From Massalongia carnosa (lineage: Eukaryota): a DNA stretch of 64,000 nt. Shown here in pieces: positions 1-10,056 of the stretch. Both the position numbers and the translations under genes were made by a program. Positions within the stretch are counted from its first letter, which is position 1. Every line of letters begins with the position of its first letter. A model generated the notes under the pieces. It did not search any database and was not told the DNA's origin. It saw only the letters and a program-made list of their open reading frames with translations. Where the stretch lies: contig OZ287079.1 in assembly GCA_965645245.1 (NCBI GenBank), positions 1,426,001 through 1,490,000 of the forward strand. Reading direction: 5' to 3'.

Positions 1-451
1 ATATCACCAACAACGAAAAGAAGATATCACGTGAGTCGAAGCCTCCTGCGACATGAGCCCTAGGGGGAGGATAATGTCAGGACCTGCCATAGAGACTACG
101 GAGAAGGATACGGAAAAGGGGCATCAGCATGGACTCGGCCGCCGAACCCGGCCCGACCCTAATGGGCTGATTCCGCTGTCGGCCACATGCCGTCGAGGGG
201 GGACGGCTGGCGAGGGGGACGGCTGGAAACCCATGTCGGATGGCACTAACCGCCCAAAGGGGCCGGGAGCCATTTGGACCAATCAGATAGCTGGGGGCTA
301 TCCGATAAGGGAGTCTTAGGGGGAGACACGTCTGTAGGATAAAGAGGTCGATGCCCACCTTATTCTAAGGGCATAGATCAATAACATACATTATTGAGAC
401 ACCCCCTTCACGTGACCAACACGCCCTCTGAGTAGAAGCATACGTCTTACA
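1..451 (+). mobile_element. 3' end of Ty3/gypsy LTR retrotransposon A: polypurine tract plus 3' LTR (75-451), inserted into the integrase of element B
   Basis: PPT AGGGGGAGGATAA at 62-74 is followed directly by TGTCAGG (75). The segment ends TCTTACA at 451 (TG...CA with short imperfect terminal inverted repeat). Integrase codons of another element resume immediately after. Confidence 0.8.
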
Positions 452-453
452 CC

Positions 454-1506
454 GTGGCATATGATGCGATTCTTGTCATGGTGGATCGGTATACCAAATA
501 TTCTCGATATATTCCCGCACGAAAGGACTGGAATGCTGAAATCATGGCTGACGTCCTAGTGGAAGAAATATTTACCAAATTCGGTATGCCAGTGTCTATT
601 GTCTCGGATAGGGGTAGTTTATTCACCTCAAAGTACTGGTCTCATTTCTGTTATCATTTGAGAATTCGACTCAGTTACAGTACAGCCTTTCATCCACAAA
701 CGGATGGTCAAACCGAGAGACAAAATCAGACACTGGAACAATATCTACGATGCTACGTCAATTATCAACAGGATGACTGGACTTACTGGTTACCCTTGGC
801 AGAATTCGCTTATAATAATAGCTTACATAGTGTCATAAAAATGACCCCCTTCGAAGCTATATTTGGAGAAGCGCCCAAATGGGAAGATGAAGTTCTGACT
901 GAAAAGGGGTCCGAGGTTCCTGCTGCACGCGTCCTGGCTACTGACATAATAGACAAAAGAAAACACCTGGAGAAATTATTACAAACAGCTTCAAGTACCC
1001 AGGCTAAATATTATGATCAGAAACATATTCCCAAGACGTATAATGTGGGTGATAAAGTCCTCCTGAACGCAAAAAATATTAAATCCACTCGTCCGTCCAA
1101 AAAACTGGACTACAAATATTACGGGCCATACGAAATTGTCTCTCCTATAGGAAAACAGGCCTACAAACTCCAACTTTCTCCGTTATTGAAGGGTATTCAT
1201 AATGTGTTCCATGTTTCCCTATTGGAACCTTATAGATATGACCCGAACAAAATATCTGAACCGCCTCTACCTATAGAAGTAGAAGGGGAAGAACAATGGG
1301 AGGTAGAACAGGTGCTGGATAGTAGAATTCACTATGGAAAACTCCAATATCTAGTGAAATGGATGGGATTTTCTGATACGGATAATCAATGGTTATCCGT
1401 AGAAGACATGGAAGGATCACAGGAATTAATTATTTCCTATCATAATCAATATCCGGAAAAACCTTCCAGAACTCCTACGAGGAAGAAAAGAAAATCGAAG
1501 GTATGA
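454..1506 (+). mobile_element. Ty3/gypsy (chromovirus) pol C-terminus of element B: integrase core, GPY/F domain and chromodomain
   Basis: DDE triad in VDRYTK / VSDRG / QTER; YYGPYEI and HNVFHVSLL; chromodomain EQWEVEQVLDSR..YLVKWMGF. No internal stops. 5' part cut off by the element A insertion. Confidence 0.95.
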
Positions 1507-1679
1507 ACCATTTCCATTGGAGTCGAATGATCCAGGATCAGACTGCTATCTACCACACCACAACCACCTTCTCTCACCCCTTCACCCCCTTTTCAATCCA
1601 CCAAAATATCCTCCCCTGGAGGGGGTCCAACCTCTAATCCGGCCTAAAAGTGTCAAAAAATGATTAAATTAATTCGACA

Positions 1680-2151
1680 CTAGATCTCCACCAAGAGATG
1701 AGCCACCGAGCAGCGGAAATTGACTGGAACCTACCCAAATTAGATCAAATTTTCCATAACAGAGCTCCACCTACCGGAAAACATTTATCCTTCTTCCGGC
1801 GACACTCCCCACACTTCCCCGACTCCTCGGACCACTCACAGGCGACAGGGTCGCCCCCAAGGGTCTGCTTGGCACACCGGAGGCAAACGCTTACCTCCGG
1901 GGTAGGCCCCACCCAAATGGGCGGGTGGAGGAGCGGAAAAGGGGGAGGCAGAGGGGAACCGCCACGAACCGGGGCGGAAACGGGTGGCGCGGCGGGGGAA
2001 CCACGACACCCAGGAAAACATGGTCCTGCGGACCAGGAGTGGTTGGGCGGCGGGGGCGAGGAGGGGGGGAAACGGCCGGGTGGAACCGCTTGGCCCGCGA
2101 TGAACGGGCAGAAACCGGAACAACACGCCGAGGTTGTTTAGACCTCGACAT
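1680..2151 (-). other. Antisense spliced accessory gene of element B encoding a Zn2Cys6-like six-cysteine cluster (probably frameshifted)
   Basis: Minus frame 1885-1781 reads CLRCAKQTLGGDPVACEWSEESGKCGECRRKKDKC, then FP, a GTAGGT..CTAAT..TAG intron (1774-1731) and VPVNFRCSVAHLL. The ATG at 2151 opens MSRSKQPRR.. in a different frame. Confidence 0.55.
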
Positions 2152-2510
2152 GAGAGTTGATGATAGAGTGGTTGATGGTAAAGTGATGAAAGATTGATGA
2201 AAATATGAAGTACGGAGTTGGGTAAGGTGATGTTTGAAGAGAAAGAAACAACGAACCCTACCTGTTGATATGAAAAGAAAGAAGACACTAAGCCCACAAC
2301 AACAACAAAGGGTTAAGACTGATGAGACGTCAACAAACAAATAAGAAAGAGTTGAGACTTGGACTCGTGACAGCAAGCATGACTTCTAGACTGAACACGG
2401 ATAACGTGTGTCTGAAGATGCTATCCCTAGTACTCGGGCAGTACCCAGAACCACTTGCGACATGAAGTTATACAGAACTTCCACATCGGGCTCCTGAGGA
2501 CATGAGCCCT

Positions 2511-2735
2511 AGGAGGGTAATGTCAGGGCACGCACGTCCTGACATAAGCGAATCGGTAGTTATAACCGATCTCCGATCTCCGACTAGGACACGGCTCGTG
2601 TTCGTATTCTTCTTTTCATTGTACCAATCATAATCACTGTAATTAAATCAACGGACTCGCGACCCGAAGAAGTGGGGCTATAGGATAAAGACCTGATCCA
2701 TATAGTAGTCACGCTGTTAGACTTGACCCCTTACA
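2511..2735 (+). mobile_element. PPT plus 3' LTR (2521-2735) of element B
   Basis: AGGAGGGTAA (2511-2520), then TGTCAGGG ... CCCTTACA (7/8 terminal inverted match). Pogo transposase codons follow immediately. Confidence 0.8.
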
Positions 2736-3851
2736 CTATCCCATTTTTTTAAGTAGCCACTGCCAACAGCATCGTTTTGTTTCGATTACCAGCTCATTCT
2801 ACTCACCTCACCCAGCCATTGGACGTAGGTGTTTTTCAACCGTTCAAACACTATCACACCGAGGCAATAGATTGGGCTGTCCGGTTGGGGGACTGTCAGT
2901 TTGGTAAGCTGGAATTTCTCGCTGCATTTCAAGGCTTCCGAAATGAAACGTTCAAACCATCCACCATCCGTCATGCGTTCAAATCAACCGGTATCGTACC
3001 GTTTGACCCAAACGTTGTCCTGGACAAAATTCGAGAAAAGGAGGCACGATTGAGGGAGTCAGTCATTCGAACTCCCTCCCCCCCCCCATTTCCATTAAAT
3101 CAACGCATACCCCATGGGCCAGAATCGGTTGTTCGGTACGGTCGAAAGCTTCAGAGAGCCATTGCCAAAGCGGGACCCAATAATAAACTGGAGGTTCAAC
3201 AGGTTGAACGGTTCGTTCGCGGTTCGGTGGCATCCGCCCATGCTCTAGATTTGATCACTTGAGACCTTTATGCCATGCAGGAAGCAGCTTCATCACGTCA
3301 GAAACGAGCCGTTCTTGGTGGACAGGTGGCCTCTCAGGGTGGAATCATCAAGGTAAGTCAGTGTTGGGAGCTTTGTTCAAAAAGAAAGCAGAAGGAGGAG
3401 AAAAAGGCGAAACGGAAGAAGGCTAGTGTAACGGTTCGACCAAGCGTGGTGCGGACGGCAGGACCTACAGCGAACATAGCAGGAGTCCCAGTTATAGTAG
3501 AATAGAGCTTGGTCTGCGGACTAAGTATTGTGCCTTTGGTCTGGAGGACAGGTGGCGCAATGGTAGAAATCTATTCACTATATCGCTTCGTCACAGCTAG
3601 GGGGGAGAAAGCGACTGAGAAAAAAATATTCTCAGCTGAATCAAATAGCCTTTCTCATCAACGACACACCTTTGGTAGATTAGTCAATTCCCTACGTATC
3701 AAAAATGAAACATTCACAAGCGGGGTTGTTTTGATGATGTGGTGAATTGTTTGGTGGGTAGATGGTAAAAAAAACGACAATGAGCCCAATGCGTCATTGA
3801 GATGGCAAGCACTAAGGAATGCCCTTCCATTCCGAAAGTGGTTTAACACGA
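2736..3851 (+). mobile_element. Degenerate pogo/Fot1 DNA transposon, 3' half (DDE_1 transposase pseudogene)
   Basis: RLPAHSTHLTQPLDVGVFQPFK and IRHAFKSTGIVPFDP are Fot1/pogo motifs. In-frame stops at 2750 and 3260. The right end near 3850 (..GTGGTTTAACACG) is approximate. Confidence 0.85.
3427..3595. mobile_element. Solo LTR (169 bp) inside the pogo transposase
   Basis: TGTAACG...CGTCACA termini with exact 5-bp TSD GCTAG (3422-3426 and 3596-3600). Removing it rejoins KRKKA-RGEKATEKK in frame. Confidence 0.9.
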
Positions 3852-3857
3852 TTAGCC

Positions 3858-3882
3858 GCCATAGTCATAGACCTATTCAACA
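3858..3882 (+). repeat. 25-bp direct repeat, copy 1 (probable transposon terminus)
   Basis: GCCATAGTCATAGACCTATTCAACA is identical to 7737-7761. Confidence 0.75.
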
Positions 3883-4395
3883 ATTTTTGATGTCCGGATT
3901 GAGTTTTCAGAGAAATTTTCGATGACGAAAAAGCACTTTTGTGGCGAAAACTCAACCCGTTGCGCGGCGTAATTATAGAAAATTTGATAAAAAATAAACA
4001 TCAAAAGCTGAAGTTTCGACCTTGTTGTTATTATTTTGAATGATCTGCCTATAGCATTTTTAACGCTAAATCTACGTGGCGTTTTTAGCCCGCATTAGCG
4101 TATTATCAGGACTTTGGGTGTCAACCTCTCATCCTCTGTAGAGTCGTTATCCAAAGCCACAATTGAATACCAATGTTCGTACTCGTACTTTACCAAATAC
4201 GGAGTATAATGACGGAGTATAATGACGTCTATCTTGACTGAAACCCCCCTTTGTACTCCGTATGGAGTATCCTCTACAGAATACGATTGACACGTCTGTT
4301 AACTATTGTCCAGAGTACTTGTAGTAACCACGGTTCTTATTCTTATGCAATATTTACTTGGATTTTCATAACCTATCGTCAGCCACAACATATGA

Positions 4396-5640
4396 ATGCA
4401 GCCTCAGATGAAAAAGAATAGCGAAGATGCGTTCCCCTGGCATCTTCAGGTGTTTGACGCACACTGTCATCCCACCGACACCATCTCATCCATCAAAACC
4501 ATTCCCACGATGAAGGCTGCAGCATTAACCATCATGGCAACAAGGGCGCAAGATCAAGAGCTGGTAGCGCAATGTGCAAAGGTTTATGGCGCGACAAGTT
4601 CTTCATTTGTTTCGGATGTGACTATGGATAAGAATATTGATACTAGCAAAGAAACCCCTTGTCAAGTCGTTCCCTCGTTTGGCTGGCATCCTTGGTTTTC
4701 TCATCATATCTATGATGATTCGAGTTTTGGTGCCTCACAGATTTCCGGAAACCTCGACAAGTTGGATCATTACAAGGCTATTCTTATTCCGTTCCCTGAT
4801 GATCTTGAATTTCTCCAGACCCTCCCCGCTCCACGGCCGCTATCAGATTATATCGCCCAGACCCGCACGTATCTCCAAAAGTTCCCGTTCGCGCTTGTGG
4901 GTGAAATTGGGCTCGATCGTAGCTTTCGTATTCCCGAGCATCCCCCACTAGGCGCTGGTGACGATGTGAGTTCTACATTAACTCCAGGAGGTCGAGAAGG
5001 TCGACAGTTAAGCCCATACCGAGTCCATATGGACCACCAGAAGCGCATCTTTAAAGCGCAGTTAAACCTTGCCGGGGAAATGTCAAGACCTGTGTCTGTG
5101 CACGGGGTCGCCGCTCATGGGACAGTCTTCACGACTTTACAAGAAATCTGGAGAGGGCACGAGAAGCCTGTCGTTAGTAAGCGAGCCAGAAAGAGGAGTC
5201 TCAGTGTGGCTCAAGTGCGAGCAAAGGCGGACGAGACTGAAGAAGAGAAAAAAGTATTGGATTTGCCAGGCTCAAATCCTTTTCCTCCTCGAATCTGCCT
5301 TCACTCTTATTCCGGTCCTCCAGATACAGTTAAACAGTATCTTCATCCATCCGTCCCTGCAACTATCTTTTACTCATTTTCTCAAATCATAAATTTCTCA
5401 TCTTCCGATCCTTCAAAAGTCATTGAAGTCATCAGGGCCATACCAGATGACAGGCTACTTGCCGAGAGTGACACTCACTGTGCTGGAGAGCGAATGGATG
5501 GCTTCTTGGAGCAGAGCGTAAGGTCCATTTGTCAGATTAAGGGGTGGTCGCTCCAGGAAGGGGTTCGGCAACTCGCGTCCAACTGGGTAAATTTTGTTTT
5601 CGGGAAGTATCCTCTCGAGCACCAAAAGGTTGATACCTGA
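4396..5640 (+). CDS. TatD-family metal-dependent hydrolase (Cut9-interacting Scn1-like)
   Basis: FDAHCHP, FGWHPW, VGEIGLD, SVH, CLHSYSG and LAESD motifs; single 414-aa ORF. Confidence 0.9.
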   Translation: MQPQMKKNSEDAFPWHLQVFDAHCHPTDTISSIKTIPTMKAAALTIMATRAQDQELVAQCAKVYGATSSSFVSDVTMDKNIDTSKETPCQVVPSFGWHPWFSHHIYDDSSFGASQISGNLDKLDHYKAILIPFPDDLEFLQTLPAPRPLSDYIAQTRTYLQKFPFALVGEIGLDRSFRIPEHPPLGAGDDVSSTLTPGGREGRQLSPYRVHMDHQKRIFKAQLNLAGEMSRPVSVHGVAAHGTVFTTLQEIWRGHEKPVVSKRARKRSLSVAQVRAKADETEEEKKVLDLPGSNPFPPRICLHSYSGPPDTVKQYLHPSVPATIFYSFSQIINFSSSDPSKVIEVIRAIPDDRLLAESDTHCAGERMDGFLEQSVRSICQIKGWSLQEGVRQLASNWVNFVFGKYPLEHQKVDT

Positions 5641-7736
5641 GTAATATCCTCAAATACGCAATAAAGTCGTATGGGAAGATACCCGTTTTGACATATATTT
5701 GGGTCAACCGTAAGTTATACAAAGGAAGTGGTATTTCAACTTCCTCCATAACATAAATTGGCATTCTTTTCTCTAGGACATGTTCACTAGCTCAATTCTT
5801 TTAACTCATTTTCACCCCATATCGTCTTTTCGGCGTTCACAGACCTACAATCCTCCCCAGCGGTGCTGCAATTCGGGACTCTTGTTTTACCGTTCAGTCT
5901 GTCGACAATAAACTGTTTGAAACTTTGGTCGGATTTTTCATGCCTCAGGCAAGGCTGAAAAGCCCTGATGAGAAAATTGTTGGCAAGCAGCGAATAGAGA
6001 ACGTGTTATCATTGATAGACTTGAACGACATTCATCGTACCCTATTGGCAATAGGAGAACAATCCAGAATATTGAGCGCAGAAGTGAATACCCAGGTCAT
6101 TCGTTTTGAAGTAATCCAAAGCGAGCAAAGTGAACACCTGACCTGTTCTGGTTGAAGTCTTTATTTTATTATACTCTTTCCAATTCAATCAATCAGCTTT
6201 TTGACGTCCAGGATACAACATCGCTGTTCAGTCAACTAGCTTGTGTTACTCAATATAGTTATGACCATAACTAAATGAAAACTCTGGATAGGGTGAACAA
6301 AGTAAGGTAGGTGTGTTCACGTAATAGCCGCTATTCAATCATCCCCCATTTTAACAATAACAGATCTTCGCGTAGTCATTGAGTTCTTGTCGATTAAGAT
6401 GGCAATGAAAATAGAAGCAATGAGTATGAGAAACTGCTAAACCAGAAGGCTACCTTATTTTCTTGAGGAATCTGATAGAGACAACATCGACTGCATGCGC
6501 CTCTTGTTCTCTAATCCTATCAACGTACCAAAGGTCCTCAACTACAAATTGAACGTAACACGGTTGCAAAGAAGGGGGGAGTCAAAAGAGTGCTAGCCTA
6601 GCCGGTCTAGGACCCTTACAAGAAACAGCCAGCTGGGCATCACTACCACTACTGTATAAAAAGCAATGGAGGTAGGGCGGCGCAAACGCAATCAAATGAT
6701 CTCGGGCTTCCCTCATAGCTCCGCAACTCTACCACTAGGTCTTCAATATGAGGACATAATCAAGCAATATTCAAACTATCTGCGTGGCCTTCTGTTGCTG
6801 GAAATCGCAGTCACCTGGACGGCGAGGAAGATCAGCGTGGCGAGCGCGCGACCGGAGCTCACCACAAACACCATGACCAAAAGAATCGCTGCCGCCGAAG
6901 TCACCAAGAACGGATCACGAAGCAAGTCGGCAAGAAGGGCTAGGATCTTATTCAGAGCGAAAGTTTAAGATATTGGAACATCAAACGTATCTCAAAAGCA
7001 GGCAGACCCAGTAGAAGCATGTACGGAATCCGAAGCAAGCCTGAGATTCCGAATGGAGCAAACAGACCTCCAGGACACCATGACAGAGCTTGACCCTTCC
7101 TGGACATGTCGCCAAGCGAATGGCTGTAGTAAGAAGAACTCGGAACTAGACCGCGTGCTGTTTGAGAGAGCAATACAAGAGCGTCAAAGAAGGATACGCT
7201 TGGTTCATCAACACGAAGGAGGAAATTAGCAGTCGCAGAAAAATGTTTGTTGGAAAGTGATTTCGAAATTTGAGCAAGGAATACATAGCTATATTTGAGC
7301 AATATGGGATAATATTTAGGTGGCCAGGGTCTGGTCTTAATTCTTTATTTCCATCACAGAAGTAATAGCGGATGCTATGATGTGATGCCTAAGTCTAAGT
7401 ACCTCGTACGTATTATTTGATACATGCTCCATTTTTTGAAAATAGGAGGGATAGGTGGAGAATGATGGACCCAATTCACAGAAAATAGATGGCAGAGTGC
7501 CAGAAGTCTCTGGATAGTACAGAACTTGTTGAATGTTCAACTTCTACCAGCATTGCCTAGCCGATAGATTAGATAATATCAGATCTAATCTAAGCGCATA
7601 GAGGCTCGGATAAACTATTATCATCTCGCTTAGCAGAGGTGACCAAGATAAAGGAACAGATTGCTCTGCACTCCGTAGCAACTCTGCATCCTTAACATCA
7701 TGGTCATACAGGCCCCTATCTTTACATAGTCATATA

Positions 7737-8700
7737 GCCATAGTCATAGACCTATTCAACAGAACTTCTATTGATGAGATAATTCAGATTATTGCGACTA
7801 ATCTCTAGGCTATGCGTAGAAGTGATGCTATATACATGTTGATCACAGAACATTCAAGCTTCTTCTCGAACGTCTATAAACCTGAATTTTTAAGCATCGA
7901 AGATATCGGAAATTCTCAGATGTAATTATTCTCATATCAGTACAATACGCAAAGGCATTCGCATATTACGTCAGATATGATTCAGCTGGCTTAGCATTCT
8001 GTGTTCGCGACATCATTAGTTGCTAATTAACTATTTCTCATACTTGATAGTCAAGAAGAAACATTTCAGGACATGAACTCTTTTTATTGTGATGTTGCTG
8101 AATGAAACCTCTGTCATCGAACATATATATTTAATGTTATGTTTTTCCGTGTTAACCGTTCGTTAATGAAGATATAATACTCTTACGTCTCCATTCTTGA
8201 TAGGACTACGATACTCTGCTCATCAACTAGTTAACAGTTTTCACTCATGACGTTTGTTTTCACTGTGTTTCAAGCAATCAGCGATTGTCGACTACTTCTT
8301 CTTGACGTTCCTTCTTTGATAGAAATCATCGATAGCACGCATACATGTCCTTTGACACTGAACCAGTGCTCTATAGTTTTGCGTAATTTAATGCTGAGCA
8401 AAGCAAGAAGACTTCTTTATGAAGCTCAAGAAAAATGATATCGTGTTCGAAGGGTGTAACTAATATTGAGGTGCCATCACTAGTTTTTTGTGCCTGTTGA
8501 ACGGTTTACCATCGCTCGAGACTGATGTTCCATCATTGACGCGTGATAGCGTGTTGAAGTACTCTATTGATGTTATATTATCACTATGCTCAGGAAGGGC
8601 TAAAAGTCTTTGTTGGAAAACCGACGATTCTAAATTTTCATTCCTACTTTCATCATACCAGCAAAAGATGCACTAAATTCCAATTCATTGAAGAGTTTCC
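7737..8700. mobile_element. 25-bp repeat copy 2 (7737-7761) followed by an AT-rich degraded relic
   Basis: Exact repeat of 3858-3882. About 1 kb downstream is AT-rich and stop-dense; family not identifiable and extent approximate. Confidence 0.4.
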
Positions 8701-9000
8701 TCAGGCTGAATAATGTCAGTATGAAATCCAATCTTAAATAGGTCGACCACTAGATCGAGTTGGAACAGGGATCACCGCAAGAAGATGATGCATCATTATC
8801 ATGAAGCGGCGAAACTCGCCTTCAGCATGTCCACATCTTTGTCGGCATTAAGAGAATTACTTGATCTCAACGAAGATGGTGAGAGCCCTGATCCATCTAC
8901 TATGCAGCAGAGGGTAAGTAATTGGTCTCTCTAAGCCTAACATTTCATCATACTGAAGCGTACTTCAACGAAGCCCAGCGACGATTTCAGCCACAAAGAT

Positions 9001-9707
9001 ATGGTGTTCGATCATCCAACAACAACCGCCAATGTTTATCCCGAAGCAGATCGCCCATATGCCCCAGAGCCTGAGGTTGAAACTTCCGCTGTACCACAGC
9101 TCGACAAGTCTCCGCCTTCTACCGACCTCTCTTCAATGCATTCTATGAGTCCACAAGCAACTATAGATAGCCCTTCAAGCTCAGCCGATATCACACCTGG
9201 AACCAAGCAGTGCCTTCCCACTATAGCAGGTAGCGCGTCTAAGTTGAAACGCTCCCTTTCTGTTGCTACAGGAAGAAACGCAGGTGGCACGATACGGGTA
9301 ATAGCCGAGTTGGACCCAGAAAATCAAGAAATAGTACGTCTTTTCCAAGAAGAGAACCTGAATTGGTCACAGATTGCCAAAAATCCTAACGAAAGACGCA
9401 TCGCGGCTGGGAAGGCGCCAACTCTTACCGATAACGCCATTTATGGTCTATACCACCGAAACGGGCCCAGACTTGCAGCTGCTAGGGGCGAGGTTTGGAA
9501 CCCGAATGTTGTCATCATTGTGTCGCGAAAGAAACTAAGGTGGAGAAACCCATTCTTCGCTTTGATGATTGCGAGGATGAGCTGCTCGTAGTAGCTCATC
9601 ATGAGATCGAGAGGGAAACCTGGGAGCTGGTCAGCAAGCGCATTGTCGAAAATGGAGGCAAGGCACATACTCTAGATATGTGTGCACGTCAGTACAATTC
9701 GCTCTAG
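9001..9707 (+). pseudogene. Myb/SANT/HTH-like protein, frameshifted
   Basis: NLNWSQIAK..AIYGLYHR in ORF 9001-9591. A Myb-like repeat FDDCEDELLV..TWELVSKRI..CARQYNSL lies in another frame (9495-9707) with no convincing intron between them. 5' exon(s) uncertain. Confidence 0.55.
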
Positions 9708-10056
9708 AAGGTAAACTGCTTGATTTGAATTCATCAGTGAATCGGGCTTTTGCCAGCTTTTCTCATTTCGATCATCTAGATGCTAACACCGAGATACTGA
9801 CAGCGAACGATCATATATACAGACGCCTTGGGTTATTACAGGCAGTATTCGGCTCGAGGTACCATTGGCCGAGAATTGAAGATTGGCGTGGCCGAAGGTT
9901 CAGCTGGATTGCCCGGTGCCCTGGAGCATTAGTAATTTCATCTACCAACCCCCATGAAATAGTGATGATGATGAAGCGTTTGTACAGTACAGCAAGCCCA
10001 CAGAATGCTCTGTCTTAAGCGCTCTTCTTTCATTTCCTTATCGTGTTTCTGAATCT

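Noticed and set aside
53..358. ORFs 53-319 and 77-358
   Set aside because: They lie within LTR A and show no protein motifs
1698..2197. Plus-strand Gly/Arg-rich ORFs as a possible env-like gene
   Set aside because: No signal peptide or TM segment; better explained as GC-rich shadows of the antisense gene
5760..7300. Short ORFs and a His/Arg-rich frame near 6800-6950 (possible secreted-protein relic)
   Set aside because: Stops in all frames and no recognisable domain
7565..7592. 10-bp inverted repeat TAGATTAGAT/ATCTAATCTA
   Set aside because: Isolated, low complexity and with no context
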